Assembly (NCBI GenBank): GCA_963775365.1
Contig: CAVZJL010000054.1
Coordinates: 41,151 to 105,150 of the forward strand
DNA: 64,000 nt
Reading direction: 5' to 3'
Origin: an uncultured Acidobacteriaceae bacterium
Lineage (GTDB): Bacteria; Acidobacteriota; Terriglobia; Terriglobales; Acidobacteriaceae
Part shown: positions 22,300 through 32,365 of the stretch, one piece after another
Position numbering within the stretch: position 1 is the first letter of the stretch
Layout: each line of letters opens with the position of its first letter
Notes under the pieces: model-generated
Told to the model about the DNA's origin: nothing
The model's database searches: none
The model's input: only the letters and a program-made list of their open reading frames with translations
Translations under genes and position numbers: made by a program

Positions 22300-23171
22300 A
22301 GGGCATCATTCTCGCGGGCGGTTCCGGGACCCGCCTCTATCCCGTCACCCATGTTGTCTCCAAGCAGTTGCTCCCCGTCTACGACAAGCCGATGATCTAC
22401 TACCCGCTTTCGGTGCTGATGCTGGCCGGCATTCGCGAGGTTCTGATCATCTCTACGCCTGCGGACACGGCGCTCTTCGAACGTCTCCTGGGTTCTGGTG
22501 AGCAGTGGGGCATGTCATTTCAATATGCTGTGCAGCCAACCCCCGATGGCTTAGCCCAGGCGCTGATTATCGGCGAAGCGTTTATCGGTGGCGCGCCGTG
22601 TGCTCTGATCCTCGGAGACAATATCTTTTACGGGCACGATTTCGCGCAGAGTCTTCAGGCGGCGGCGAAGGTCGAGGATGGTGCCGTAGTCTTTGCCTAT
22701 CCAGTCTCTGATCCGGAGCGATACGGAGTGGTGGAATTCGACAGCTCGGGCCGCGCCCTCTCCATTGAAGAAAAACCTGAGAAACCAAAATCACGCTACG
22801 CAGTCACCGGCCTTTATTTTTTTGATGGAGAGGCCTCGCGCATAGCCCGCCAGATCAAGCCTTCGGCGCGCGGCGAACTGGAAATCACCGATGTCAATCG
22901 CCGTTATCTGGAAAAGGGCAAGCTGCGTACGCAAGTCCTGGGGCGGGGCTTTGCTTGGCTCGACACTGGAACCCATGACTCACTGATTGAGGCAGCTATT
23001 TTCATCGAGACCATCGAGAAACGGCAGGGACTCAAGGTCGCCTGTCCTGAAGAGATAGCCTATCGCTTGGGTTGGATCGACGCCGCACGTTTGGAAAAAC
23101 TGATTCTCCGCGTGGCGAAAAGTGGCTACGGTAAGTATCTTCGCTCCGTTCTGGACGAGCACGTCTTTTAA
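22296..23171 (+). CDS. rfbA: glucose-1-phosphate thymidylyltransferase
   Basis: ATG 22296; [39 protein letters not shown] and downstream RmlA-type sequence throughout. Confidence 0.9.
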   Translation: MKGIILAGGSGTRLYPVTHVVSKQLLPVYDKPMIYYPLSVLMLAGIREVLIISTPADTALFERLLGSGEQWGMSFQYAVQPTPDGLAQALIIGEAFIGGAPCALILGDNIFYGHDFAQSLQAAAKVEDGAVVFAYPVSDPERYGVVEFDSSGRALSIEEKPEKPKSRYAVTGLYFFDGEASRIARQIKPSARGELEITDVNRRYLEKGKLRTQVLGRGFAWLDTGTHDSLIEAAIFIETIEKRQGLKVACPEEIAYRLGWIDAARLEKLILRVAKSGYGKYLRSVLDEHVF

Positions 23172-23299
23172 GGGCGAAACCCAGGCAGCTGCGGTTTCTC
23201 TTCCAATCACAGACAACGGGTGCCCCACATCGCGCCCGGTTTTCGCGAGATGTGGAATTCCAGTGCTCTAAACCTGCAAGCTCTTTGCGGGCGCGGGTC

Positions 23300-25042
23300 C
23301 TAACCCCGCGCCCGTAACCCCGCCAAAAAGTCCTCGACCGGCCGCGTATTCAGGACATCACCCTTTGTCAGCCAAGCCCGCCTCAGCTGCCGGATTCCAT
23401 ACTGCATCGCGTCCAGATGGCTGATGTGGTGTGAGTCGGTATTGATCACAATGTTGCATCCCAGCTCCCGCGCCCGGCGCAAGTCGATGTCGCACAGGTC
23501 AAGCCGGTCGGGATAGGCATTATGCTCGACCGCTACGCCCAGCTTCGCCGCCTGCTTGAGCACCGCCGACAAATCCATTTCGTAACCATCCCTGCGCAGC
23601 AACAATCGCCCGGTCAGATGTCCCAGAATTCTGATGTATGGATTCTCCATTGCTTTGAGCAGTCGCTCTGTCATTTGTTCCTTAGGCTGCTGGAAGAGAG
23701 AGTGAACGCTGGCGATCACCACGTCCATCTGGGCCAGCACATCGGGCGAAAGATCGATTTCCCCGTCGCCCAGGATGTCGACTTCGATCCCGGTCAGCAC
23801 CCGGATGCGGCCCTCCATGCGCGCATCCACTTCGCGAATCTGTTTCATGTGTTCGAGCGCGCGCTCATCGTCGAGCCCGTTGACCATGGCCAGATTCTTA
23901 GAATGGTCGGTGATGGCAATGTATTGGTAGCCGCGCGCAATGCCGGCTTCGGCCATCTCGAGGATGGTATTTCGTCCATCCGTGGCCTGCGTGTGCATAT
24001 GCACATCGCCGCGCAGGTCGCCTGGTTCGATCAATTGCGGTAAGCGATGCTCGGCAGCTGCTTCAATCTCCCCCTGGTTCTCGCGTAGTTCGGGGGGAAT
24101 CCAGTCCAGGCCCAGCGCCCCATAGATCTCGCCTTCGGAGGCGGCTGCCACCACCGTGCCGTCATCCAAACGCGCCAGCGCATACTCGCTCAACGTATAG
24201 CCCCGCTTTAGCGCGCGTTGGCGCAGTGAAACATTGTGCATTTTCGAACCGGTGAAGTATTGCAGGGCCGCTCCGTACGACGCCTTCGGCAGCAGGCGCA
24301 CATCGACCTGCAATCCGCTGCGCAAACGAAAGCTGACCTTGTTTTGTCCCTTTGCCAGCAGCTCGGCAATCGGGGGATAGGCGGCCGTATATTCGACCGC
24401 GGCCGCAACCGTTTCTTCGGCGCAACCTGGACCAGTCATCAGCAGGTCCAGATCGCCTACGGTCTCGCGTCCCCGTCGCAGAGACCCAGCCGGCATGACC
24501 TGTTCGATTCCAGGGAACTGCTCCAGGTAAAGGGTGATTCGCTCCGCCGCGGCTTCCGCGTCGTCGAGCAAAAAGCGTCCACTGTTCTTGCGATACTCCG
24601 TGATCCCACGCGACAGCTTCTCGATCAGCTTTTGTCCAAAGCGCGGTAGTGTCGCCAGCTGGCCGGCGTCGATCGCAGCCTGCAGCGATTCGATATCGCT
24701 CACCTGCAGAGCCTCCCAAAGCAGGGCCACCGTCTTCGGACCCATGCCTGGCAGCTTCAGCAGTTCCAGCATGGTGGACCGATACTTGGTCAGCAGCTCG
24801 TCGCGCAGCTTCAGACTTCCACGGGTTTCGATTTCCTGGATGTTCGTTGCCATGCCCTTGCCGATGCCTTGGATGGCGAGCAGCCTGGCGGGCTCGTTCA
24901 CGAAAGAGCTGAGTTGTTCGGTACTGTTCTCGACCGCTTCCGCGGCACGCCTGTAAGAGCGGATACGGAATGGGTCACCGGCCGCAATCTCCAGCAGGTC
25001 AGCGGTTTCGGCCAGTAACTGCGCAATGGATTTGTTGTCCAT
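23300..25042 (-). CDS. polX: family X DNA polymerase with C-terminal PHP domain
   Basis: 580 aa; N-terminal HhH region, GDLDLL nucleotidyltransferase motif, PHP motif HMHTQATDG and HSKNLAM. Confidence 0.85.
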   Translation of the reverse strand: MDNKSIAQLLAETADLLEIAAGDPFRIRSYRRAAEAVENSTEQLSSFVNEPARLLAIQGIGKGMATNIQEIETRGSLKLRDELLTKYRSTMLELLKLPGMGPKTVALLWEALQVSDIESLQAAIDAGQLATLPRFGQKLIEKLSRGITEYRKNSGRFLLDDAEAAAERITLYLEQFPGIEQVMPAGSLRRGRETVGDLDLLMTGPGCAEETVAAAVEYTAAYPPIAELLAKGQNKVSFRLRSGLQVDVRLLPKASYGAALQYFTGSKMHNVSLRQRALKRGYTLSEYALARLDDGTVVAAASEGEIYGALGLDWIPPELRENQGEIEAAAEHRLPQLIEPGDLRGDVHMHTQATDGRNTILEMAEAGIARGYQYIAITDHSKNLAMVNGLDDERALEHMKQIREVDARMEGRIRVLTGIEVDILGDGEIDLSPDVLAQMDVVIASVHSLFQQPKEQMTERLLKAMENPYIRILGHLTGRLLLRRDGYEMDLSAVLKQAAKLGVAVEHNAYPDRLDLCDIDLRRARELGCNIVINTDSHHISHLDAMQYGIRQLRRAWLTKGDVLNTRPVEDFLAGLRARG

Positions 25043-25321
25043 TTGATCCCCATGTGCCTTGTTGCCCAGGGGGAATTAAAACATCTTCCCATCCGAAGTA
25101 CACGATGCAACTGCTGCGGGCGCGGCTTTCTAAGAAAAGCCGTGCTTTCAGGACTCGCCCGAGTACACGTTGAAGCGAAAGCGCTGCGGCATATCGCCCA
25201 CGGCAGATAAATTTCAGCCGTAAGACACCGTCTCCACGCACCATGTGCGATGCGCGGCTAAGCGCTTTTCTTCACAGCTATGCTTATGCAGGTGAGCCTG
25301 CGATTTCTCCGGCGTGAGGCG

Positions 25322-25540
25322 TTAGGCTACTTCTCGAACTCGAGTTACGGAGTCGGCCTGGGGACCTTTCTGTCCTTGAACGATATCGAATTCCACCTCG
25401 TCCCCTTCTTTCAAGCTCTTGTATCCATCGAGTTGGATCGCGCTGTAATGGACAAACACGTCGGGTCCGTCATCGCGGCCGATAAAGCCGTAACCCTTCG
25501 CGTTATTGAACCACTTCACTTTGCCTTTGTGTTGAGCCAC
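25322..25540 (-). CDS. cold-shock protein (CspA family)
   Basis: 72 aa; [15 protein letters not shown] (RNP1) and DVFVHYS (RNP2). Confidence 0.9.
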   Translation of the reverse strand: MAQHKGKVKWFNNAKGYGFIGRDDGPDVFVHYSAIQLDGYKSLKEGDEVEFDIVQGQKGPQADSVTRVREVA

Positions 25541-25674
25541 TAGCCTGTCGACCTTCCTTGGTGCGGATCGAGCATGAGGAGAACAAACTGCTCTCCTTTA
25601 CAGACGCATCACAAGGTCGAATGGTTTTCCTCAAAATGTCCGTTGACTTGTGCGGGGCTATTGCAGCAAGTGCC

Positions 25675-26295
25675 CTATTTTCTGTTCTTTTTTCTGTCTT
25701 TCTGTCGAAGGCGGTCATAAAGCATCACTGAAATCAGCGTTTTACCGTCGTGAACCTTGCCCTCTTCGATCATGCTTAACAACTTGGAGAGGGGTACTGA
25801 TTCAATTTCCAACTGCTCGTCGTACTCCGGCTGCGCCTCTCCCAAGGTCAGCCCTTCAGCAATGAACACCTGCATCCACTCACCCAGGAAGCCGGGACTG
25901 GCAAAGTAGCGCACCATTTTGCGCCAGCGCGCGGCCTTAAAACCTGTTTCTTCCAGCAGTTCGCGCTTGGCCCCAGCCAGCGGGTCCTCGCCCTCCTCTA
26001 GCTTTCCCGCCGGAATCTCGAGCAGATATTCTTTCGCGGCATGACGGTACTGGCGTTCCAACACAATTAAGGGGTCTCGCTTGCTCTTCGCATCGTCGAT
26101 CGCAAGGATGACGACGGACCCATTGTGGCGCACAACATCGCGCATCACCTTCCGGCCATTCTCCAAAATTTCGTCGGTGTATACGCGGAAAAGCGGACCG
26201 TCATAGCTCAACTTTGATGAGATCACTTCGATTTTTTTGACTTTTCTGCTGGTCTTCTGGGGTGCAGTGTTACTCAACGCCTGTTTCTTGGCCAT
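25675..26295 (-). CDS. NUDIX hydrolase (ADP-ribose pyrophosphatase-like)
   Basis: 206 aa; Nudix box GKLEEGEDPLAGAKRELLEETG. Confidence 0.8.
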   Translation of the reverse strand: MAKKQALSNTAPQKTSRKVKKIEVISSKLSYDGPLFRVYTDEILENGRKVMRDVVRHNGSVVILAIDDAKSKRDPLIVLERQYRHAAKEYLLEIPAGKLEEGEDPLAGAKRELLEETGFKAARWRKMVRYFASPGFLGEWMQVFIAEGLTLGEAQPEYDEQLEIESVPLSKLLSMIEEGKVHDGKTLISVMLYDRLRQKDRKKNRK

Positions 26296-26412
26296 GCCAC
26301 TCCTTCGCTTTGCTGGATAATTTAAAGTACCATCCGGTCAAAGGTGCGCTGGGGCGCGTTGGGCAGGAGGGTCGCGGCGCCACCCTCCGATCATCGGACC
26401 CAGGCTCGGTGC

Positions 26413-26442
26413 CCCATTCAAGCCGCTTTTGGCTTGAATGGG
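26413..26442. repeat. 12-bp-stem hairpin repeat
   Basis: cccattcaagcc-gctttt-ggcttgaatggg, perfect 12-bp stem in the nudix/bshC divergent spacer. Confidence 0.5.
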
Positions 26443-26686
26443 ATAATGGCCGTCGATGTGCACTCTCGATCCGGCACGTTCGCGCGGGAACGGCCTAGCG
26501 CCCGATCGCCCTCGGGAGCTTGTGCAGACAATTCGTCTGCATCTTAGAGCCCTGGAGTTCCATCCTATGTGGGCGGGTGCGGGTCGCTGCGTTGCGCTTT
26601 GCGCACTTTGAGGCGTTACCGGCCCGGGCCAGTGTGAGCTACCCCCCGGGTAACGTCGTGAGAGACTACAGCAGAGGAGCACACGG

Positions 26687-28324
26687 ATGTCGCTGGAACA
26701 GGAGATGGCGGTGAAGACCGAGTGTTATCCCATCGCGCTTCTACCCGCCCTTAGCCGGCTGTTCCTGGATTTCACTGAGCGCCGCGAGCCGCTGGCGCCC
26801 TTCTACCCGGCCAGCGCGTATTCCACCCAGTGGATGACCGCGCCCGCGACACTCTCCGCCGCTCATCGTGCCGCTCTTTGCGACTTATTGGAGCAGCAGA
26901 ACCGCAGCTTCGGCGCGTCTGACGCGGCCTTCAAAAATATCGCGCGTTTGCGGGACGGCGCTGGCGCGGTGGTGACCGGCCAGCAGGTGACCCTCTTCGG
27001 CGGCCCACTCTTTACCATCCTCAAAGCAGCGACCGCGATTCGCAAAGCAAGAGATGCCTCCGCCTCCGGTAAACCGCATGTGCCAATCTTCTGGCTGGCG
27101 ACCGAAGATCATGATCTGGCTGAAGCCAGTCATCTAACGCTGCCCGACCGCCACGAACTGAAGACGCTGCGCCTGACGCCTGGGTCCGCGCCCGGGGTGG
27201 CCGCTGGCGGCGTAGTCCTGGGTAAGAATGTGGAAGAGCTACTAGCCCAGGTGGGCGAGATCCTCGGCCCAGGGCCTCTGCTCGACCAGCTAATCGCCTG
27301 TTACCGGGAAGGCCAGACGCTGGGACAGGCTTTTGCCCAATTCATTTCCGGCATTTTTGCCGAGCAGGGGCTATTGGTGGTGGATGCTGCTCCGCGCGGC
27401 TTCCATGCTTTGGGCAGCGATGTTCTGCGTCAGGCGATTATCCGTGCGGATGAGCTGCGAATAGCCATCAACGATCGCGACCAGCAGCTTGTGGCCGCGG
27501 GTTATCACTCCCAGGTTTTGGTTCCACAGCTATCCAGCCTGCTCTTCTTGTTTGATCGTGACTCCGGAGCGCGGGTCCCATTGCGGCGCACCGCAGGCGG
27601 TGGTTGGCAAGCGGCAAGGCACTCTTATTCCACATCGGAGCTTTTGGCTATGCTCGATGCGGAGCCTGAGCGGCTGAGCCCGAACGCTCTGTTGCGGCCC
27701 GTTTTTCAAGATGCCATCCTGCCCACCGGCGCCTACGTAGGTGGGCCGTCTGAAGTAGCATATTTCGCTCAGTCGCAGGTGCTTTATGAACGCATCCTGG
27801 GGCGCACCACGCCGATTCTTCCTCGTTTGTCGGCCACGCTTGTCGAGCCCGCGATCGGCGGTCTTCTCGCCCGGCACGATGTTTCCTTGCCTGATGTGAT
27901 CCAAAGCGCTTTACGGGATCCGCTCGAGTTGGCTCAGCGATTCGGTGCGAGGGCAATCTCGGTGGTGGGCAAGCGCAAGCTTGCGGCGGCTGGAAGTGCC
28001 TTGGACACGGAGCTCTCCGCGCTGGCCACGTATATGCACTCCCTCGATCCAGGTCTGGGCCGGGCTGCAGACGTCAGCAGTTCCAAGATGCGCTACCAGA
28101 TGAACCGCATGCGCCGGCTGGCCGCTAACTATGAGCTCCGCCGTGAGCAATCGCTGGGCCGCGATGCAGGGCTGATCGCCCTCAACCTTTTCCCCGATCG
28201 CCGTCCACAAGAGCGAATTATTGCAGCAGCATGGTTCCTTTCTCGCTACGGCGATGGCCTGCAGGAATTGCTGGTGGAACAAGCCGGGCAGCAGTGCCCC
28301 GGTCACAAAGCTATCTGGCTGTAG
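26687..28324 (+). CDS. bshC: bacillithiol biosynthesis cysteine-adding enzyme BshC (putative)
   Basis: 545 aa; length and N-terminal pattern KTECYPIALLPALSRLFLDFTERREPLAPFY plus the long helical C-terminus fit my recollection of BshC; not verified by search. Confidence 0.6.
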   Translation: MSLEQEMAVKTECYPIALLPALSRLFLDFTERREPLAPFYPASAYSTQWMTAPATLSAAHRAALCDLLEQQNRSFGASDAAFKNIARLRDGAGAVVTGQQVTLFGGPLFTILKAATAIRKARDASASGKPHVPIFWLATEDHDLAEASHLTLPDRHELKTLRLTPGSAPGVAAGGVVLGKNVEELLAQVGEILGPGPLLDQLIACYREGQTLGQAFAQFISGIFAEQGLLVVDAAPRGFHALGSDVLRQAIIRADELRIAINDRDQQLVAAGYHSQVLVPQLSSLLFLFDRDSGARVPLRRTAGGGWQAARHSYSTSELLAMLDAEPERLSPNALLRPVFQDAILPTGAYVGGPSEVAYFAQSQVLYERILGRTTPILPRLSATLVEPAIGGLLARHDVSLPDVIQSALRDPLELAQRFGARAISVVGKRKLAAAGSALDTELSALATYMHSLDPGLGRAADVSSSKMRYQMNRMRRLAANYELRREQSLGRDAGLIALNLFPDRRPQERIIAAAWFLSRYGDGLQELLVEQAGQQCPGHKAIWL

Positions 28325-28377
28325 CGGCGGCATCTGCCCGGGCAAGCATGCGGCAGGTCCCGGTTAAATGTTTTAGA

Positions 28378-28701
28378 ATGTCGGCAGCAATGAAGGTGAA
28401 AGCGGACAAGCCGTTCGACGTGACCTGTCCCGATTGCGGGGCGATTTTGCGCGTCGACCCTGAAACCAGGGCGATCCTCTCGCACACTCCGGCTCCGCGC
28501 AAGCGGACCTTCGAGGACTTTGAAGCGGCTGCGAAGGCCATGCGCGCGCAGGATGAACGCAAAGAAGATATCTTCCGGCAGTCGGTAGAGGCTGAAAAGA
28601 ATAAGCAGCAATTGTTCGATAAGCGATTCGAGGAAGCGTTGCGCAAGGCGAAGGAGACTCCCGACGAGGGTCGCCCTCTGCGTGAATTCGATCTCGATTA
28701 A
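28378..28701 (+). CDS. hypothetical protein (single CxxC, Lys/Glu-rich tail)
   Basis: Start moved to ATG 28378 to avoid overlap with bshC; DVTCPDCGAILRV then a charged helical tail. Confidence 0.4.
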   Translation: MSAAMKVKADKPFDVTCPDCGAILRVDPETRAILSHTPAPRKRTFEDFEAAAKAMRAQDERKEDIFRQSVEAEKNKQQLFDKRFEEALRKAKETPDEGRPLREFDLD

Positions 28702-28784
28702 TCAGCTTACTCCGACCTTGGAAGCTGATTAAAGGCATTTTCTCCGCATCTAAACACAGCAGTTCATGCGAAAGAGAGACACCG

Positions 28785-29165
28785 ATGGGGATCACACACA
28801 TTCCGCAGCAAGTGGCATCCAGCGTTCAAGACGCAGCCGAAAGCCTCAAGTACCAAGGAAACCGGCTTCTGGACAACGGCTGGGATAAGAACTGGGTGCG
28901 CACGGTGGCCGCCGGGAGCCTCGTTACCGGAGCGGTCCTGCTGGCCACAGGAAAGCGCAAGGCTGGTTTAGCCGTGGCTGCTGCCGGTACTGTCTTCGCG
29001 TTGCTGGAAGACCCTGAAGGCGTCAAGAAAACCTGGAACAGCCTCCCCGACTATCTCGAGAGTGGGCACAGTCTCCTGGGCCGCTTCGAAAAGTTCGTGG
29101 GAGAGCTTACGACGCAGGGCGAGAAACTCCGCAGCGTAGTCGAAAAAGCTGTGCGCCAAGCCTAG
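28785..29165 (+). CDS. hypothetical membrane protein
   Basis: 126 aa; two hydrophobic segments VAAGSLVTGAVLLA and GLAVAAAGTVFALL. Confidence 0.4.
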   Translation: MGITHIPQQVASSVQDAAESLKYQGNRLLDNGWDKNWVRTVAAGSLVTGAVLLATGKRKAGLAVAAAGTVFALLEDPEGVKKTWNSLPDYLESGHSLLGRFEKFVGELTTQGEKLRSVVEKAVRQA

Positions 29166-29168
29166 ACC

Positions 29169-29501
29169 CTATCCAATCCCTAGTTGCTCGCGGGCTCTCT
29201 GGCTGATGCGGTCCGGTGTCCACGCCGGTTCCCAAACCAGGTTGACCACAGTTTCGCTGATCTCAGGAACGCCCGCCAGCCGGTTCCGCACCTGTTCGAT
29301 GATCGAGGCGTGAGCCGGGCAGCCCTGCGAAGTCATCGTCATGTCTACTTCCACACGCTGCCTGGGGAAGGCCCGCCGGGAGTTTGCGTCTGGAGTCAGT
29401 TTGACTGTGTAGATCAACCCCAGGTCCACGATATTCACCGGGATCTCAGGATCGTAGCAATCTCTCAGGGCAGCCATGACATCGTCTTCGGTAAGCGCCA
29501 T
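29169..29501 (-). CDS. DUF59/MIP18-family Fe-S assembly protein (SufT/PaaD-like)
   Basis: 110 aa; CYDPEIPVNIVDLGLIY and MTSQGCPA motifs. Confidence 0.8.
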   Translation of the reverse strand: MALTEDDVMAALRDCYDPEIPVNIVDLGLIYTVKLTPDANSRRAFPRQRVEVDMTMTSQGCPAHASIIEQVRNRLAGVPEISETVVNLVWEPAWTPDRISQRAREQLGIG

Positions 29502-29540
29502 CTTTCTCTCTTCCTAGAAGGAAGGCCCCTAAGGGCCCCG

Positions 29541-29710
29541 ACAACGAAGGGCACGGCTTCAGTCGTGCCGTCAATGCCATATGCAAGAAAACGGCTTTGC
29601 TGCTGAGGCACCTCTTTACAAGACGCCACGGACGAAAGCACCTTCAGGGGCTAAAAGCCCTCATCAGTCTTGAATCAGTGTGGCACGGCTGAACCCGTGC
29701 CCTTCGTTGA
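29541..29710. repeat. inverted pair of REP-like hairpin repeats
   Basis: acaacgaagggcacggcttcagtcgtgcc (29541-29569) and its near reverse complement ggcacggctgaacccgtgcccttcgttga (29682-29710). Confidence 0.65.
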
Positions 29711-29753
29711 GCGGGCTGTTGAGCAGCTTACTGGCCATGTGAGGCGTTGAGAC

Positions 29754-30662
29754 TCAGTGTTTGCGCTCCACGAGATATCGCGCCACTGCCTTCAGGCGAC
29801 CGGCGCGCTCTCCATACCCGGCTAACTGCGAAAATGCCTCTTCGACCAACCGCTCAGCGTCCTGAATGCTCTGGGCCACTCCATAGACTGCGGGCCACGT
29901 AGCCTTCTCGCTGGCGACATCTTTGCCTGCAGTTTTTCCAAGTTGCGAAGAATCCTGGGTCACGTCCAGCACATCGTCCATGATTTGAAAGGCCAGCCCC
30001 GCTTTGCGTCCAAATTCCCGCAGCCGCTCGATATCATTGGCGGAACCGCAGGCGTAAATCCCACCCGCCATCAGGCTGACGCGAATCAACGCTCCGGTCT
30101 TAGCACGATGGATGCGTTCCACTAGCTCCGGGGTTGGCTTATGTTCCTCGGCTTCGAGGTCCATGACCTGGCCGCCGATCATGCCCTCGACCGTTCCTGT
30201 GGCCTGCGCGATCGAGCGCACGATCTCCACCGTTTGCGGTGCGGGGCACTGCATGCCGGCCAGCACCTCGTAGGCCTGCGTCTGCAGCGCGTCCCCGGCA
30301 AGGATGGCAATCGCCTCGCCAAACGCTACGTGGCAGGTCGGCTTGCCGCGGCGCAGATCATCGTTATCCAGTGCAGGGAGGTCATCATGGATCAGGGAAT
30401 AGGTGTGCAGCATTTCTATTGCCGCGCCCAGCTCATCCACTCCCTTGGGAAACTGAGCGGAGCCTGCGATCATTCTTGCCGCTTCCATGCACAGCACCGG
30501 CCGGAGCCGCTTGCCGCCGGCAAAAACACTGTGCCGCATGGCGCGGTGAATCGAGACCGGCGCCTGATCCGGACCTGGCAATAGACGATCCAGGGCGTGA
30601 TCGATAAGCTCCGCGCCGCTGTCCAGAATCTCGCGCACATTTTGCTGCATTTGGGTAATCAT
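29754..30662 (-). CDS. polyprenyl diphosphate synthase (FPP/GGPP synthase, IspA family)
   Basis: Start at ATG 30662 (ATGA overlap with upstream gene); FARM LIHDDLPALDNDDLRRG and SARM FQIMDDVLD. Confidence 0.85.
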   Translation of the reverse strand: MITQMQQNVREILDSGAELIDHALDRLLPGPDQAPVSIHRAMRHSVFAGGKRLRPVLCMEAARMIAGSAQFPKGVDELGAAIEMLHTYSLIHDDLPALDNDDLRRGKPTCHVAFGEAIAILAGDALQTQAYEVLAGMQCPAPQTVEIVRSIAQATGTVEGMIGGQVMDLEAEEHKPTPELVERIHRAKTGALIRVSLMAGGIYACGSANDIERLREFGRKAGLAFQIMDDVLDVTQDSSQLGKTAGKDVASEKATWPAVYGVAQSIQDAERLVEEAFSQLAGYGERAGRLKAVARYLVERKH

Positions 30663-32365
30663 ACGCGACGGTGAACATGCCCTTTGCGCTCCCGCATAGC
30701 CAGCACCGCGAGCATCAGCAGTGCTATCGCGGAGATTACCCGCCCGGCCGTGACGTCTCGCGTGGAGGTCCACTGCACCTCCAAAGTATGACTTCCAGCG
30801 TTCATCAGGACTGTCATTAACCCATCTTGACGTAAAGGCCGGCTGTTCGCGGATTGCCCATCAACGGTTACTCGCCATGACGGATAGTCCATCAAACGCA
30901 GCACCACATAACCTCTCTCCGGGGTTACGACGCTCACTCGCCAATGTTCCCCGTTCTGTCGTCGGACCACCATTTGCGCCGCTATGCTGCCGGGGTCTCC
31001 GGCACGCCATTCGGGATTGTCTGTCGCAGTATCGTCCGCTGTGTCGTCCTGCGCGGAACGCAGTACCCGCACCAGGGGCAGGTGCTGCTGCACTGCCGCA
31101 TTATCGACACCGACCGGCGTGTACTCGTCCGTACCTTCGGTGCCTTGTCCGAGGTGGAACCCGTTGAGCTGCGCCGCGACTGCATCCTCATCGTCGCAGG
31201 GCTGAAAGAAGAGCAGGGATGAACCGACGGGCATGGCGGCAATCAGGATGCCGGCCCCGACAACCCGCCACCTGGGTTGGCGAACAACGGCCATGCCTGC
31301 AAGCACGCAGCCGACCACGCTCAGTGCCATCAACCAACGCCAGGGAAACTGCAGAAACTTCATGTGGGGCGCATATTTCCAGATCACCTCGCTGACCGGC
31401 AATTGCAGTAACAGAATGACCGGCAGCATGGCCGTGAGAACATTCCTGGTCGATCCGTCCGCTCGCCTTTTCCACGCCAGGTACGCCGCGATCGAAGCCC
31501 CGGTAAATTCCACAACCAGGATCCATGATGCCGTCCGCAATACCTGGTCATGAAAGGCGTTTGCCGTGTGCGCAAACAGAAAACTGTCCTCGACGCGCAT
31601 TCCGGGATTAATCGCGCGCTCGATCTGCACCCACCGCTGCTCGAATGCCGCGGGCACGATGTAGAAGGCGGCCAGTCCCAACCCCAGCGCCATTCCTCCT
31701 GCGGCCCGCAGAGCCGGCCAAGGCCTTCCTTCCGCTATCCACATTCCCAATGCGAGGACTGCCAGCAGATAACTGCCAATCACGGCGGCGGGGGAATTGG
31801 TGAGCCAGAGAGCCGCTACAGACAGGCCAAGCAGTGAAACCGATTCGCGCCTTCGAAGAGCGAACAGCACCATCAAGGGAAGCCATGCAGCCGCCAGAAG
31901 CTCGCCAAACGCCGAGCGCTCATAGGCCACAAACATTGCATAGGGGTTGGCGATGTAGAGACACGCAGCAAACGTTGCTGCTTCCGGCGACGCCCACTCC
32001 CGTGCCACCAGGTACATGCTGCCTCCGGCGGCCAGCAGCGCCAGCAATACGAAAAGCACCGGAGCCGCATCCCACGAGGTCACCATCCCTAACAGGGCGC
32101 CCAGCAGCCAGGATGCCGGGGGATAAAAGATCAACCGTGGCTCCCCTGCCCCATAGTTCGCATCCTGCACCCAGTGGGGATAAACGAGACCTGCATGCCA
32201 GGCCCGCGCAACCTCCATCCAGGAGAGCAGATGGAAATCGAAATCGTGGCCGCAGGAATTTCCTCGCACGAACAGCACGCAAGCCGCAAGCAATGCCGTG
32301 CATGTGATCAGAAGGGCCGGCATTCTACGCGGGACGGCCGGAAGGGATTCGGTGTTGGTCGTCAA
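30659..32365 (-). CDS. large polytopic membrane protein (possible GT-C/PTPS-related family)
   Basis: 568 aa; about a dozen hydrophobic segments then a soluble C-terminal domain; family assignment tentative. Confidence 0.5.
   Translation of the reverse strand: MTTNTESLPAVPRRMPALLITCTALLAACVLFVRGNSCGHDFDFHLLSWMEVARAWHAGLVYPHWVQDANYGAGEPRLIFYPPASWLLGALLGMVTSWDAAPVLFVLLALLAAGGSMYLVAREWASPEAATFAACLYIANPYAMFVAYERSAFGELLAAAWLPLMVLFALRRRESVSLLGLSVAALWLTNSPAAVIGSYLLAVLALGMWIAEGRPWPALRAAGGMALGLGLAAFYIVPAAFEQRWVQIERAINPGMRVEDSFLFAHTANAFHDQVLRTASWILVVEFTGASIAAYLAWKRRADGSTRNVLTAMLPVILLLQLPVSEVIWKYAPHMKFLQFPWRWLMALSVVGCVLAGMAVVRQPRWRVVGAGILIAAMPVGSSLLFFQPCDDEDAVAAQLNGFHLGQGTEGTDEYTPVGVDNAAVQQHLPLVRVLRSAQDDTADDTATDNPEWRAGDPGSIAAQMVVRRQNGEHWRVSVVTPERGYVVLRLMDYPSWRVTVDGQSANSRPLRQDGLMTVLMNAGSHTLEVQWTSTRDVTAGRVISAIALLMLAVLAMRERKGHVHRRV

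Noticed and set aside
28231-28377. N-terminal extension of ORF 28231..28701
   Set aside because: The extension overlaps the 3' end of bshC in another frame, so an internal ATG at 28378 was preferred.
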